A stretch of 64,000 bases of DNA, taken from NCBI GenBank assembly GCA_965214025.1, contig CBDCAW010000008.1, forward strand, positions 4,434-68,433, in the 5' to 3' direction. The position numbers and the translations under genes were made by a program. The DNA comes from Granulosicoccaceae bacterium. GTDB lineage: Bacteria > Pseudomonadota > Gammaproteobacteria > Granulosicoccales > Granulosicoccaceae. Below the pieces are notes generated by a model. That model was not told the origin of the DNA, ran no database searches, and saw only the letters and a list, made by a program, of their open reading frames with translations. Shown here one piece after another: positions 29,654-39,561 of the stretch; the first letter of the stretch is position 1; each line of letters begins with the position of its first letter.

Positions 29654-31612
29654 TCATTGGCTCGCGGGCAGACCCTGAACGGTACCGGCCCGGCGCAGGT
29701 CCGCACCACCGTATTGCAAGCCGGTAGTCGGATCGACCACGACCGCCTGCACCGAGCCAATCTCGTCGCTGGGTTCCTCGTCGAGCTCATGGCCCAGATC
29801 ACGCAATGCCTGCACGACCGTATCGTCGAACCCCGCTTCAAAGGATACCGCCTCGCCCGAGGTGCTCACCCGTGGCAGATCGATGGCCTCCTGCACTGCC
29901 AGACCATGATCGATGAGATCCGATGTGATATTGACGACGGAGTTGATGATCGTGGGACCGCCGGGTGATCCGTACGCTGCCAGGAAGGTATCGCCCTCGA
30001 ACACCAGCGTGGGAGCCATGGAGCTGCGTGGACGCTTGCCGGGTGCCGCATCGTTGGCGCCGGGCATGAAGTCCGCTTCGTCCATCGGTTCGGTATTCGC
30101 TTGCGGGAAGAAGTTGAAGTCCGTCATCTCGTTGTTCAGGATGAAACCGTAGCCGGGCACGATGATGCCCGTACCCCAGGTGCCTTCGATGGTGGACGTC
30201 CAGGTGACCACGTTGCCGTTCGCGTCGATCACCGTGAAATGGGTGGTATCGACGCCGGACTCGCCCGCGGGTGCTTCGCCGATAGCCATGGGCGCTTCGA
30301 CCGCGAAGGCCGGGTCGAAGGCGCGTGGATCGCCCGGTACGACCTCCTCGTCAGCGATGCGCGCATCGGCTGTGATCTGTGCGCAGCGAGGTGCAAGATA
30401 GTCGTCGGCAAGCAGGCCCTCGATCGGCAGATCGACGAAGTCTGTATCGCCCATCCATACCGAACGGCTGGAGAAGGCAAGGCGCATCGATTCGATCATG
30501 ACGTTCAGTGCCTGCGTCGAGCCGAATCCGAAGCCGGCCTCCTCGTTGCCCATGTCGAACGGCTCCATGCATTCGAGGATCTGCGCGACGGTGAGCCCAC
30601 CTGATGAGGGCGGTGGCATGCCGTTGATGGTGTAGCCACGGTAGTCCGAAACGATCGGGTCACGCTCATCGACGCCGCTGGCAAGATAGGAGGCAAGGTC
30701 GTCCGTGGTCATTCGTCCCGCACCCATCGGTGCGGTGTCGCGTGTATTCAGTTGTGCGCTGACGATCGCTTCGGCCATGGCGCCTTCGTAGAAAACGCTG
30801 GGCCCCTGATCCGAAATCAACTGGAGTGTATTGGCCAGGTCGGGCTGTACCAGCAGGTAGCCGACCGGGCGTGGATCTCCGTTTTCATCGCGGAACAGCT
30901 CGCGCAGTTCCGGCCAGAAGGTCGTTCTCGGGTTGTCGATCTGCGAGAACAGACGCTCGTTGATCTCGAAGCCGTCGCGTGCCAGTGGAATGGCAGGGGC
31001 GATCGCGTCAGCGAGTGTCAGGTTGCCATACTGTTCGACCGCGTACGCCGCCCCCAGAAGCGTACCCGGTACACCGACCGCGATGCCGCTGGTGGCCACA
31101 TCGGTGAACTCCGGCCCGATCAGGTCCGGCTCTTCGATACTGCCGCAGTCCGGGTCACAGGCGAGGAACTGAGTGGGCGTCGTGGCGGCCGGTGCCTTCT
31201 CCCGCGAATCGATGTAGAAGGTGCGACCTTCCTCGGCCAGATGGACACCCATGAAACCGCCTCCGCCAATACCTGAGGATGTCGGCTCGACCACGTTCAG
31301 CACGAATTGCACGGCGACCGCCGCATCGATCGCATTGCCGCCGTTCTGAAGTGCTTGGATACCGGCTGCCGCCGCGAGTGGATTGGCTGCCGTGACCACA
31401 CCTTCGCTGAAACCGTCTGCATCATCGGAGGGAATGCCGATGGCCATGCTTCCCTCGGCTCCGGGTTCCATGCCATCCGGATTGCCGGTCGGCATTTCAC
31501 TGTCGTCGTCATCACTCGAGCAGCCCGCCGCCATCGCTCCGGCGAGCAGCAGGACAGCAAGAGTAGCCGGCCGTCGGACACGGCAGGGTCTGGGTAACCT
31601 GTGTCTGAACAT
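29654..31612 (-). CDS. ggt: gamma-glutamyltransferase, lipoprotein
   Basis: Lipobox AAGC, GGNAIDAAVA, SGIGGGGF, DTTHFTVID (catalytic Thr), PGKRPRSSMAPT, GSPGG. Confidence 0.95.
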   Translation of the reverse strand: MFRHRLPRPCRVRRPATLAVLLLAGAMAAGCSSDDDDSEMPTGNPDGMEPGAEGSMAIGIPSDDADGFSEGVVTAANPLAAAAGIQALQNGGNAIDAAVAVQFVLNVVEPTSSGIGGGGFMGVHLAEEGRTFYIDSREKAPAATTPTQFLACDPDCGSIEEPDLIGPEFTDVATSGIAVGVPGTLLGAAYAVEQYGNLTLADAIAPAIPLARDGFEINERLFSQIDNPRTTFWPELRELFRDENGDPRPVGYLLVQPDLANTLQLISDQGPSVFYEGAMAEAIVSAQLNTRDTAPMGAGRMTTDDLASYLASGVDERDPIVSDYRGYTINGMPPPSSGGLTVAQILECMEPFDMGNEEAGFGFGSTQALNVMIESMRLAFSSRSVWMGDTDFVDLPIEGLLADDYLAPRCAQITADARIADEEVVPGDPRAFDPAFAVEAPMAIGEAPAGESGVDTTHFTVIDANGNVVTWTSTIEGTWGTGIIVPGYGFILNNEMTDFNFFPQANTEPMDEADFMPGANDAAPGKRPRSSMAPTLVFEGDTFLAAYGSPGGPTIINSVVNITSDLIDHGLAVQEAIDLPRVSTSGEAVSFEAGFDDTVVQALRDLGHELDEEPSDEIGSVQAVVVDPTTGLQYGGADLRRAGTVQGLPASQ

Positions 31613-31770
31613 CTCTCTCATCTCCTATTGCTTTACCGGGATCGGTGGAAGGATGTGATCCTCGAAAAACTATATCATGAGCGATGCGGCGACACGCTTG
31701 CATTCGGCGTGCTATGGCAGGCACCACCGTCGACGATGGGTCGACCGGTGCAGCAGATCGACCACAGCCA

Positions 31771-32205
31771 TCAACTCCACGTAGGCAAGCTGAAAAGTAT
31801 CCAGGACCAGGCGGCAATCAGGATCAACGGAACCCCGAGCGCACCCACGACCCCCAGGGCGGGTAGCACGGGCGAGCTGGGCATGATGCCGGAGAACTCC
31901 CCGGGCGTCTGCTCATCGGCGTAGCCGGTACCGCTAAGCTTCGAACGCCACTGTGCCAAGCGTAGAAGAGCGGCCATGATCGACACTGTGAGCACCAGGC
32001 AGAGCCCCAGGCCGATCAGAGGGATGTGAGGAACCAGCGGGTTCTGGGCGAGCGGTTGCCCCTCCGACCCGATGGCAAGGGGCACGAACAGGAACGACTG
32101 GCTGCTCAGAAGCCAGTTCACTCTGGCACTCATCAGCTCCAGCTCGAATCTGATTCCTGTGAGAATACGGTCGTAAGTCTTGTCGCTGGCTTCGCTGCGT
32201 TCCAT
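31771..32205 (-). CDS. small 3-TM hypothetical membrane protein
   Basis: 144 aa, RVNWLLSSQSFLF motif, three hydrophobic segments. Confidence 0.65.
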   Translation of the reverse strand: MERSEASDKTYDRILTGIRFELELMSARVNWLLSSQSFLFVPLAIGSEGQPLAQNPLVPHIPLIGLGLCLVLTVSIMAALLRLAQWRSKLSGTGYADEQTPGEFSGIMPSSPVLPALGVVGALGVPLILIAAWSWILFSLPTWS

Positions 32206-32260
32206 GACGGGCCTGTGTGTATCTGGAGAGTTTCGTTTCGGGATAGTGTGCAGTTACTGT

Positions 32261-32893
32261 TCAGGCACGTAGCGTGAACGCCAGCAACAGGATCGCGACG
32301 GCGCACAACCACGAACTCGCCACTCGAAAGCCGATGACGATCCACGCCTGTGTCCAGCGTCCGCAGACCAGTGTGATGACGTTGTTCACCACGATGATGC
32401 ATAGGAAGATGCCGACCAGACTGCCGGCCAACGTTGCCAGCGGTACCTCACCTCCGGCATGGTCCACGAAGGGGTATCCGGCGCACAAACCGGTGGCGGC
32501 AAAGGTAGAGATGCCTGTCAACCACAATGACCAGGGTTGCGCGGCGATGGCAAGTCCCGCGATGCCGATGCTCGTTGTCAACAACAACCAGCTGATGGAG
32601 GCAGGATTCACAGGCGTCGGCCACAACGTGGACACAATCAGACCAGACACCGTACCGAACGCCATGAACGGGAACACGCGCCCGAGGCCGCCACCGGGCC
32701 AGAGCCCGATCATCGCTCCGGTGCTCAGCAACAGCAGCAGGCTCGATGGCGCGGTCCACGGTATGGCCAGACCCTGAATGAGCTGATCATAGGCACCGCC
32801 GTCACTGAAACTATGCGCGTTTGCAGGCCCTGCGCCTGCCAGAAAAAGAGCAACGGCCAGGCACCGGACGCCAGGCCGATGACGACGGCTCAC
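32261..32893 (-). CDS. HupE/UreJ-like membrane protein (divergent paralogue)
   Basis: Signal peptide ending ANA|HS, multi-TM. Start overlaps the stop of the upstream HupE/UreJ gene. Confidence 0.7.
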   Translation of the reverse strand: MSRRHRPGVRCLAVALFLAGAGPANAHSFSDGGAYDQLIQGLAIPWTAPSSLLLLLSTGAMIGLWPGGGLGRVFPFMAFGTVSGLIVSTLWPTPVNPASISWLLLTTSIGIAGLAIAAQPWSLWLTGISTFAATGLCAGYPFVDHAGGEVPLATLAGSLVGIFLCIIVVNNVITLVCGRWTQAWIVIGFRVASSWLCAVAILLLAFTLRA

Positions 32894-33495
32894 GCCATGC
32901 CGGTCAGGAATGCGGTGCCGGCCAGTGCGATCAACGCGCCCGCACCGCGGACGATATATTCACCGTACTTCGCGCGCGTCAGGTAACCCAGCGCGATACC
33001 GAGAAGATGCAGACCGCCGGTAGCGATGACGAAGCCGGCTGCGTAGGCCACGGGGCTTGCCGCTTCTGGCAGCTCGGTACCGTGGGCATGGCCATGAAAG
33101 ACGGCGAAGATGCCGACCAGCACGGCCGCGATTGCCAGCGGCGGCTTGACGGCGAATGCCACCATCAGACCCAGCACCAGACCGGACAGCGCGATGCCGA
33201 CTTCCACGGCAGGTAGCGACACGCCTGCGATTCCCAGGGCGCCGCCCATTGCCATGACCAACGGAAACACCATCGGCAGTACCCAGAGGGCGGGTCGACC
33301 GAGAAAGGCGCCCCAGAGCCCGACAGCCACCATGGCCACGACGTGATCCCAGCCGAATACCGGGTGTGCGAGGCCGCTGAGAAACCCACCGACCGAGCCG
33401 GTGCCAGTATGGGCGAGCGCTGCCGAGCTGATCATGAACAGCAGAACGAACGCGGTTATTCTGCCCGCCGTCGCAGGAAGGGAGAGTTGCTTCAT
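32890..33495 (-). CDS. HupE/UreJ family Ni/Co transporter
   Basis: ALAHTG, GLAHPVFGWDHVVAMVAVGLW, FAVFHGHAHGTELP, GFVIATGGLH. Start at ATG 33495. Confidence 0.93.
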   Translation of the reverse strand: MKQLSLPATAGRITAFVLLFMISSAALAHTGTGSVGGFLSGLAHPVFGWDHVVAMVAVGLWGAFLGRPALWVLPMVFPLVMAMGGALGIAGVSLPAVEVGIALSGLVLGLMVAFAVKPPLAIAAVLVGIFAVFHGHAHGTELPEAASPVAYAAGFVIATGGLHLLGIALGYLTRAKYGEYIVRGAGALIALAGTAFLTGMA

Positions 33496-33616
33496 CTTGG
33501 CTACCTTGTTTAGCTTGCAAACCGGCGATGGTATCACCCAGATTGCCGGCCCTGCCATGCTTCGCAGGTTATAGCACTCGACCTTCAGAGGCCGTACGCG
33601 CAGTGAAGCGGTAGCG

Positions 33617-33718
33617 GACTGACCGACGACGATGTTCATGCCGGGTGCTGGGGCGCGTCTGCCCGACGACTGACCGACGACGATGTTCATGCCGGGTACA
33701 GAGACGCGCCTGCTCGAC
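33617..33718. repeat. 51-bp tandem duplication (first 30 bp identical)
   Basis: gactgaccgacgacgatgttcatgccgggt at 33617-33646 and 33668-33697. The following 21-mers are also similar to each other. Confidence 0.9.
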
Positions 33719-33783
33719 GATGGACAGTGGCATCGGAAGCTGATCGAATGGGCTACCGAAACGATCAGAGGATGAACTACGCC

Positions 33784-34080
33784 ATGCACACACCACTACT
33801 GGCCGACCTGGAACGAGCCTCCAGCCTGTTGCAGCAGGTTGACGAGGACAGCCTGGATTTCGAGCCCGACCCGAACGTCTCACCCGATGTTCGCAAGCTC
33901 ACGGAGTTTTCAAGCTACCCGACGAAGTCCCACCGGGCGAATCTGCAGGCAAGGATCGAGGCCGTGCTTCAGGCCGGAGACGCGCTGGAGTCGCGTGCCG
34001 CTTCGGATTACGTCTCGAAACTTATCGTCGCCTGCGTGAAACTGGCCCCGCCGAGCGACGACTGGCGTGCACGACAGTGA
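33784..34080 (+). CDS. conserved hypothetical protein
   Basis: 98 aa, MHTPLLADLE...HRANLQARIEAV...YVSKLIVAC..LAPPSDD, with gene-like codon pattern. Confidence 0.65.
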   Translation: MHTPLLADLERASSLLQQVDEDSLDFEPDPNVSPDVRKLTEFSSYPTKSHRANLQARIEAVLQAGDALESRAASDYVSKLIVACVKLAPPSDDWRARQ

Positions 34081-34149
34081 TACCGCGTACCTCGACGGCA
34101 CGCCGCCCACCCGCCACGGAGACACTCACGAGGGGCGGGCCCGCAGGCA

Positions 34150-34764
34150 TCATTTGCAGTTGGACTCCATTGGCAGTTCAAGATCGATCAACAACCCGCT
34201 GGTACGGGTAGTGCCCTGGTAGGCCACGTAGTCTCGTCGCTGCTCCCCTGTAATTCTGTCGGTCACGAAATCATAGAAGATATGCATTCCACCATCGTGA
34301 GCGGCGGCGAACGTTAGCCGCTTGATCTGAAGATCCGCCCGAACATCTCCCAGCGTGTATCCGTCCGCATTGAACTGGCCATGTTTGACATCCCAGCACT
34401 GAGTGCCGGTCACGCTCTGAACGCCGGCATCGTTGTAGAACGTGATATCGGTGTTGTAGATCTCAACGACCTGGTTGAATTCCTCAGCACCGACTACCAC
34501 AGGACGAACCCACCAACCGTCGGCAAGACTACGCTGCTCTGCGTTGATGACAGTCGTGTTATCGACGACGACCGCAACGCCCTGGTTGTCCACGATCGGT
34601 TTGCCTTGGGAGTCATATGAGGTACCGGGATTATCCGCAGGATTTGAACTACCCCGGTTTGGAGGGGCGCCACCCGCCGGGGCACTGCCTGCAGAATCAC
34701 CACCCGAACATGCACCGAGGGCAAGACCGATAACGACCGCCGATACTGTGAAAAGGTTTCTCAT
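34150..34764 (-). CDS. hypothetical lipoprotein
   Basis: MRNLFTVSAVVIGLALGA|C lipobox, Ser/Gly/Pro linker, beta-rich domain. Confidence 0.75.
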   Translation of the reverse strand: MRNLFTVSAVVIGLALGACSGGDSAGSAPAGGAPPNRGSSNPADNPGTSYDSQGKPIVDNQGVAVVVDNTTVINAEQRSLADGWWVRPVVVGAEEFNQVVEIYNTDITFYNDAGVQSVTGTQCWDVKHGQFNADGYTLGDVRADLQIKRLTFAAAHDGGMHIFYDFVTDRITGEQRRDYVAYQGTTRTSGLLIDLELPMESNCK

Positions 34765-34902
34765 AACCTGTTCCATACCGAATCGCATGTTGTCGGTTCT
34801 GGCTCATTCGGTACCGTTGTAAATCCTTTTTCCAGTTCCCCGCTCTTCAATTCATGACTCCTGCCCGGTAGTTCTGCTCCAGGTATCGATGGCCGTGTCC
34901 CA

Positions 34903-34946
<44 letters not shown>

Positions 34947-35277
34947 CTCATCATCTTATTGCGATGTACCCGGTACATAAGCTGCACAGGCCACCGCTGT
35001 TGCGTTGGTATCGACCTGAGCGTGAAAAGTATTATCTTCGTCATGGTTAACTGCTTCACAACAGTATGGTTGTCGCCAGCCGATAGGAGCTTTACCGTTC
35101 ACGGTAAGTGCAACTGCTGTCATGCATCCGTTATCACCGAATGTAAACGCCTTTCTCCCACGGCCGAAAAGGGAGCTTCAGGGTGGGGATATGTCAAGTG
35201 TCAGATACCCCGATTCGTGAGTGACAAAATGCAACATCGCAGTTGACCGGATGCTCACCAGCCTCCACTATCCGGCC

Positions 35278-36663
35278 ATGAATCTCGACTCACAAATACA
35301 CGACGTGGCCGTCATCGGTGCCGGGGCGGTCGGCTGCGCCGTGGCTCACGCACTCGCCGTCCGTGGGCTTGACGTCGTCGTGCTCGAACGCGGTGCAGAG
35401 CCGCTGTCCGGCGCCAGCAAGGCCAACAGCGCCATCCTGCATACCGGTTTCGATGCACCACCCGGCACGCTCGAGGCGCGTCTGGTCGCACGCGGCCACG
35501 CGCTGTACCTCCAACGAGCCGAACGCCACGGGCTGTCGGTGCTGAGAACCGGTGCGCTCGTCGTCGCCTGGAACGAAGACCAGGCCGAGCGGCTGCCGGC
35601 ACTGCTCGAACAGGCGCACACGAATGGCGTGCACGACGCGCTGCTGCTCGATGCGCGGGAGGTCGCCACTCGCGAGCCAAGCCTGGCACCGGGTCAGCAC
35701 GGAGCGTTGTACGTGCCGCGCGAGCACGTGATCGATCCGTGGAGTCCATTCCACCACTATGCGAGTGAAGCACGACGACGCGGTGCGAGGTTCGTCTTCG
35801 ATGCCGCACTCGAGTCCGGCACGTTCGACGGGCACACCTGGACGCTGGGAGTCGAGGGTGGCCAGACGGTACGCGCCGGGCGCACGGTCAACTGCGCGGG
35901 GCTTCACGGCGATACGGTCGAACGGGCATGCCTCGGTGCCAGCCACTTCGAAGTTCGCCCGCGCGCCGGTCAGTTCGTCGTCTTCGACAAGGCGGCCGCG
36001 CGCCATGTCGGCGCGATTCTGCTGCCGGTACCGAACAAGATCACCAAGGGTGTCGTATTGACGCGTACTGCGTTCGGCAACGTACTCGTCGGCCCCACCG
36101 CAGAGGAGCAGACCGACCGGGAGCGTGCACGCACCACTCGCAAGGGGCTCCGGGCGCTCGTCGCGGAGGCCGAGCGCCTCGTGCCGGCACTCGCCGGTAT
36201 TCCGGTCACGGCCACCTACGCGGGGCTGCGCCCGGGTTCCGACGACAAGGGTTACCGGATGCGCCACGAGCCCGATCTCGGCTGGCTCACCGTGGGAGGC
36301 ATCCGCTCGACCGGCATGACATCCTCGCTCGGGCTCGCCGAGCACGTCGTCCAGTTGCTGCTCGGCGAACTGGCCGAAACACCTGTCGACGACACCCCGC
36401 TCAGCCACCCGATCGTGCTGTCCGAGCACGAGCACCGCGACTGGCGAACGCCGGGCTACGGTGAGATCGTGTGCCACTGCGAGATGGTGACGCGGCGCGA
36501 GATCGAGGCGGCGCTGGACGGGCCGTTGCCGGCGCGCAGCCTCGCAGGCGTACGGCGCCGCACGCGCTGTGGCCTCGGCCGTTGTCAGGGCTTCAACTGC
36601 GCGGGGCGCCTGGCCGAACTGACCGACGGTCGGCTTGTACACCCGGTGCCGGGCGCGACGTGA
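35278..36663 (+). CDS. FAD-dependent oxidoreductase (LhgO/GlpA-like) with a C-terminal BFD-like [2Fe-2S] domain
   Basis: IGAGAVG, SKANSAILHTG, YAGLRP, GIRSTGMTSS, VCHCE.V...RRRTR.GLGRCQGFNC. Confidence 0.9.
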   Translation: MNLDSQIHDVAVIGAGAVGCAVAHALAVRGLDVVVLERGAEPLSGASKANSAILHTGFDAPPGTLEARLVARGHALYLQRAERHGLSVLRTGALVVAWNEDQAERLPALLEQAHTNGVHDALLLDAREVATREPSLAPGQHGALYVPREHVIDPWSPFHHYASEARRRGARFVFDAALESGTFDGHTWTLGVEGGQTVRAGRTVNCAGLHGDTVERACLGASHFEVRPRAGQFVVFDKAAARHVGAILLPVPNKITKGVVLTRTAFGNVLVGPTAEEQTDRERARTTRKGLRALVAEAERLVPALAGIPVTATYAGLRPGSDDKGYRMRHEPDLGWLTVGGIRSTGMTSSLGLAEHVVQLLLGELAETPVDDTPLSHPIVLSEHEHRDWRTPGYGEIVCHCEMVTRREIEAALDGPLPARSLAGVRRRTRCGLGRCQGFNCAGRLAELTDGRLVHPVPGAT

Positions 36664-36726
36664 AATACCGCTGCGCGTTCTCGGACAAGGCGCCGGTATT
36701 GCCGTGTTACCAACGCGGACGTCGAC

Positions 36727-38022
36727 ATGACGGGTGATTCGCCGATCGATATCGTCGTGGTGGGGGCCGGCCCTGCCGGCCTCGCGGCGGCCACGGCGGC
36801 GCGGCGCGGCGGAGCCGGTCGGGTCGTACTGCTGGAACGGCAGCCGGAGCCCGGTGGCGTGCCCCGCCAGTGCGGACATTCGCCGTACGGCATGCGGGAG
36901 TTCCACCGCGTGATGAGTGGCCGCACCTACGCCCGGCGGCTCGCCGCGGATGCGTACGCGGCCGGCGTCGAGCTGTTGCTCGGCCGCTCGGTCGTCACGC
37001 TCGACAGCTCCCGCGACCAGGATTCCCCCAACAGGGGCCCCACGCTCCATACCCTGTCGTCCGAGGGGGCCACGACGATCACAGCGCGCGCGGTGATCGT
37101 CGCGACCGGCGTGCGCGAGACCACGCGCGCCGCAGCGTTGTTGCCGGGCCAGCGCCCTGGCGGGATCATGAATACCGGTGCGTTGCAGGATCTCGTGTAC
37201 CTGCGCGGTCGCGTGCCGTTCCGGCACCCGATCGTGATCGGCAGCGAGCTTGTGACGATGTCGGCGCTGATCACGTGTGCGACGCACGGCATCCGGCCGG
37301 TGGCGGTCATCGAATCCGCGGTACAGCCGATCTTGCGCGCCCCGTTCGCCTGGTTGCCGCGCGCTCTCCGTCTTCCCTGGCACTTCGGTGCCGAAGTGAT
37401 CGACGTCGAGGGCGAGGATCGGGTACGGAGCGTGCAGGTGCGATTCGCCGACGGGACCGAGCATACGTTCGACTGCGACGGCCTGTTGCTTACGGGTCAC
37501 TTCGTGCCCGAGGCGTCACTGCTGCGCGCTGCCGGCGCCAGGATGGATTTGCATACACAGGGTCCTTGCATCGACGCCTGGGGGCGCACCTCACTGCCCG
37601 GCGTGTACGCGGTCGGCAACGTGTTGCGCGGCGTCGAGACTGCGGGCTGGTCGTGGGCCGAGGGCGCGCGTGTGGCTCAGGCGGTCATCGACGATCTGCA
37701 AGCACGGCCCGACGATGTCGAATCTGACCGGTGCCGCGGCCGGAACGGCGGCATCGAACTGGTCGCCGGTCCCGGTATCGCGCGCCTGGTTCCGCAGCGA
37801 CTGGCACTCGTCCCGACGGTGAATTCCGCCCTCGCCTTCCCCGACGTGCAGCTGCGCCTGCTGGAGCGCGCCTCCGGCCGTGTCGTCGCGCGCCAGGACG
37901 ACAAGGTCATCCTGACGCGACGCGTACACTCGGGCCCGGAGCGACGCGTGCTCGTGCCGGTACGCGATGTGCTGCGCAACGTCCGCACAGGTACGGTGGA
38001 GTTCAGCGTGGAGGCAGCTTGA
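36727..38022 (+). CDS. NAD(P)/FAD-dependent pyridine nucleotide-disulfide oxidoreductase
   Basis: VGAGPAG, GGVPRQCGH, ATGVRE, GIMNTGALQ, YAVGNVL. Confidence 0.9.
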   Translation: MTGDSPIDIVVVGAGPAGLAAATAARRGGAGRVVLLERQPEPGGVPRQCGHSPYGMREFHRVMSGRTYARRLAADAYAAGVELLLGRSVVTLDSSRDQDSPNRGPTLHTLSSEGATTITARAVIVATGVRETTRAAALLPGQRPGGIMNTGALQDLVYLRGRVPFRHPIVIGSELVTMSALITCATHGIRPVAVIESAVQPILRAPFAWLPRALRLPWHFGAEVIDVEGEDRVRSVQVRFADGTEHTFDCDGLLLTGHFVPEASLLRAAGARMDLHTQGPCIDAWGRTSLPGVYAVGNVLRGVETAGWSWAEGARVAQAVIDDLQARPDDVESDRCRGRNGGIELVAGPGIARLVPQRLALVPTVNSALAFPDVQLRLLERASGRVVARQDDKVILTRRVHSGPERRVLVPVRDVLRNVRTGTVEFSVEAA

Positions 38023-39507
38023 GCGACACGGACGCGCATCCGGGCCCAAGCGGCGGGGGGTCGCTACTTCGGGGCGATCGATCAGGGCACCACGTCCACG
38101 CGGGCCATGCGGTTCGGGCCTGACAGGCAGCTGCGCACCGTGTTGCAGCTGAGTCACGCGATGTACCGACCCGCACCGGACCGTGTCGAGATGGATGCCG
38201 CCGAGCTTGCGCGAAACGTCGCCGCCTGCGCCGATGCGCTCGGCGGCGTCGAAGCTGTCGGTCTCGCAAACCAGGGCGAGAGCTGTCTGGCGTGGGATGC
38301 GCGCACCGGCGAGCCGCTCTCCCCGGTGGTGTCCTGGCAGGACGGACGCACGGCGGATACGCTCAGGCAAATGGCTGCCGACGGACTGGCCACTGAAGTG
38401 CTGGCCCGCTCGGGGTTACCGCTCGATCCCTACTTCTCGGCCGCGAAGCTTGGCTGGCTACTGGCCGAGCTACCGGCTGTCGCCGCCGCCCACGCCGGCG
38501 GGCGGCTGCGGCTGGGTACCAGCGATGCGTTCCTGCTCGACACGCTCGCCGGACGCTTCGCGACCGACGTGGCCACAGCTTCGCGCACCGGTCTGACAAG
38601 CCTTGCGACCGGCAATTGGGACCCCGAGCTGTGCGCGCTGTTCGGCGTGCCGATCGAGACTCTGCCACCGATCCTGCCGACCTTGGGTGACTTCGGCACG
38701 CTCGCAGGCCGTCCCGTACGTGCGGCGATCGTCGACCAGCAGGCGGCGCTGTACGGTCACGGCTGCCGGCTGCCGGGGGAGCTCAAGCTCACGCTCGGCA
38801 CCGGCGGCTTCGCACTTGCTCCGTGCGAGACGGCCCAGCGCTTGCGCGCCGCGGCCGTGGGACTCGTACCGACCGTCGCATGGGACCTGGGCGACGGCCC
38901 GGTACACGCGCTCGACGCGGCGGTGCCGGACGTGGCCACCGCGCTCGACTGGAGCGTGCACTGCGGGTTCGCGGCGAACGTCGGTGCGTGCGATCCCGAG
39001 GCGCCACTGATCGCCACGACCGGGCTGGTCGCACTACCGCTCTTCACGGGCCTCGGGTGCCCGGACTGGGAACGTGGAGCGCCGCCGTTGATACTTGGCT
39101 ACAACCCCGACACCTCGGGGGCAGACCTCGCCCGCGCAACGCTTGAGGGGGTGGCCTGGCTATGCGCCCGCGCGCTTGCCGCGATCGCCTCTGTCGTCAA
39201 GCCGAGCGGACCGGTGCGGGTCGATGGCGGCGTGTCGCGCGATGGCGCATTCCTGCAGGCGCTCAGCGATCTGTCCGGACGCGAGCTGGCACCCGCACCC
39301 GAGGCCGAGCGCACCGGCCTGGGCGCGGCCCTGCTCGCCGCGCGCGCGTGCGGCGCGCCCGAGCATGATATCGAGACCACCGCGCCAATGCACGTCCGTC
39401 CCCGTCCGGTACCGGACGCCGCGCACGAAGCGCTTGCTCGTGCCCTTACCCTTGCGCGCCATGCGGCGCAGACCCCACCCGACGTCCCGGAGACCGCACA
39501 TGGCTGA
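38019..39507 (+). pseudogene. FGGY/glycerol-kinase-like carbohydrate kinase, frameshifted near the 5' end (G6 tract)
   Basis: AIDQGTTSTR lies in frame with ATG 38107 but upstream of it. The likely start TTG 38019 (GGAGG RBS, TTGA overlap) is one base out of frame across G6 at 38055-38060. Also GLANQGE, SWQD.R, DPYFSA.K, VDQQAALYGH, TLGTG. Confidence 0.8.
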
Positions 39508-39561
39508 GTCGTGTCTCTTGTACGTTGATCCTGATATTCGACGCCCGATGAGGACCGAACC

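Noticed and set aside
33617-33718. CRISPR-like 30-bp repeat with 21-bp spacers
   Set aside because: Only two copies, the 'spacers' resemble each other (a tandem duplication), and there are no cas genes in the window.
33496-33780. NiCo or cobalamin riboswitch before hupE/ureJ
   Set aside because: GAGCAGGC and GCCACTG occur on the minus strand, but the remaining consensus elements and four-way junction are not evident.
35290-37500. 736-aa antisense ORF, and similar long shadow ORFs (e.g. 61135-62664, 47309-48400, 53062-54393, 25639-26658)
   Set aside because: They lie opposite well-supported genes in high-GC sequence, are Arg/Ala/Pro-rich without motifs, and are expected from codon bias.
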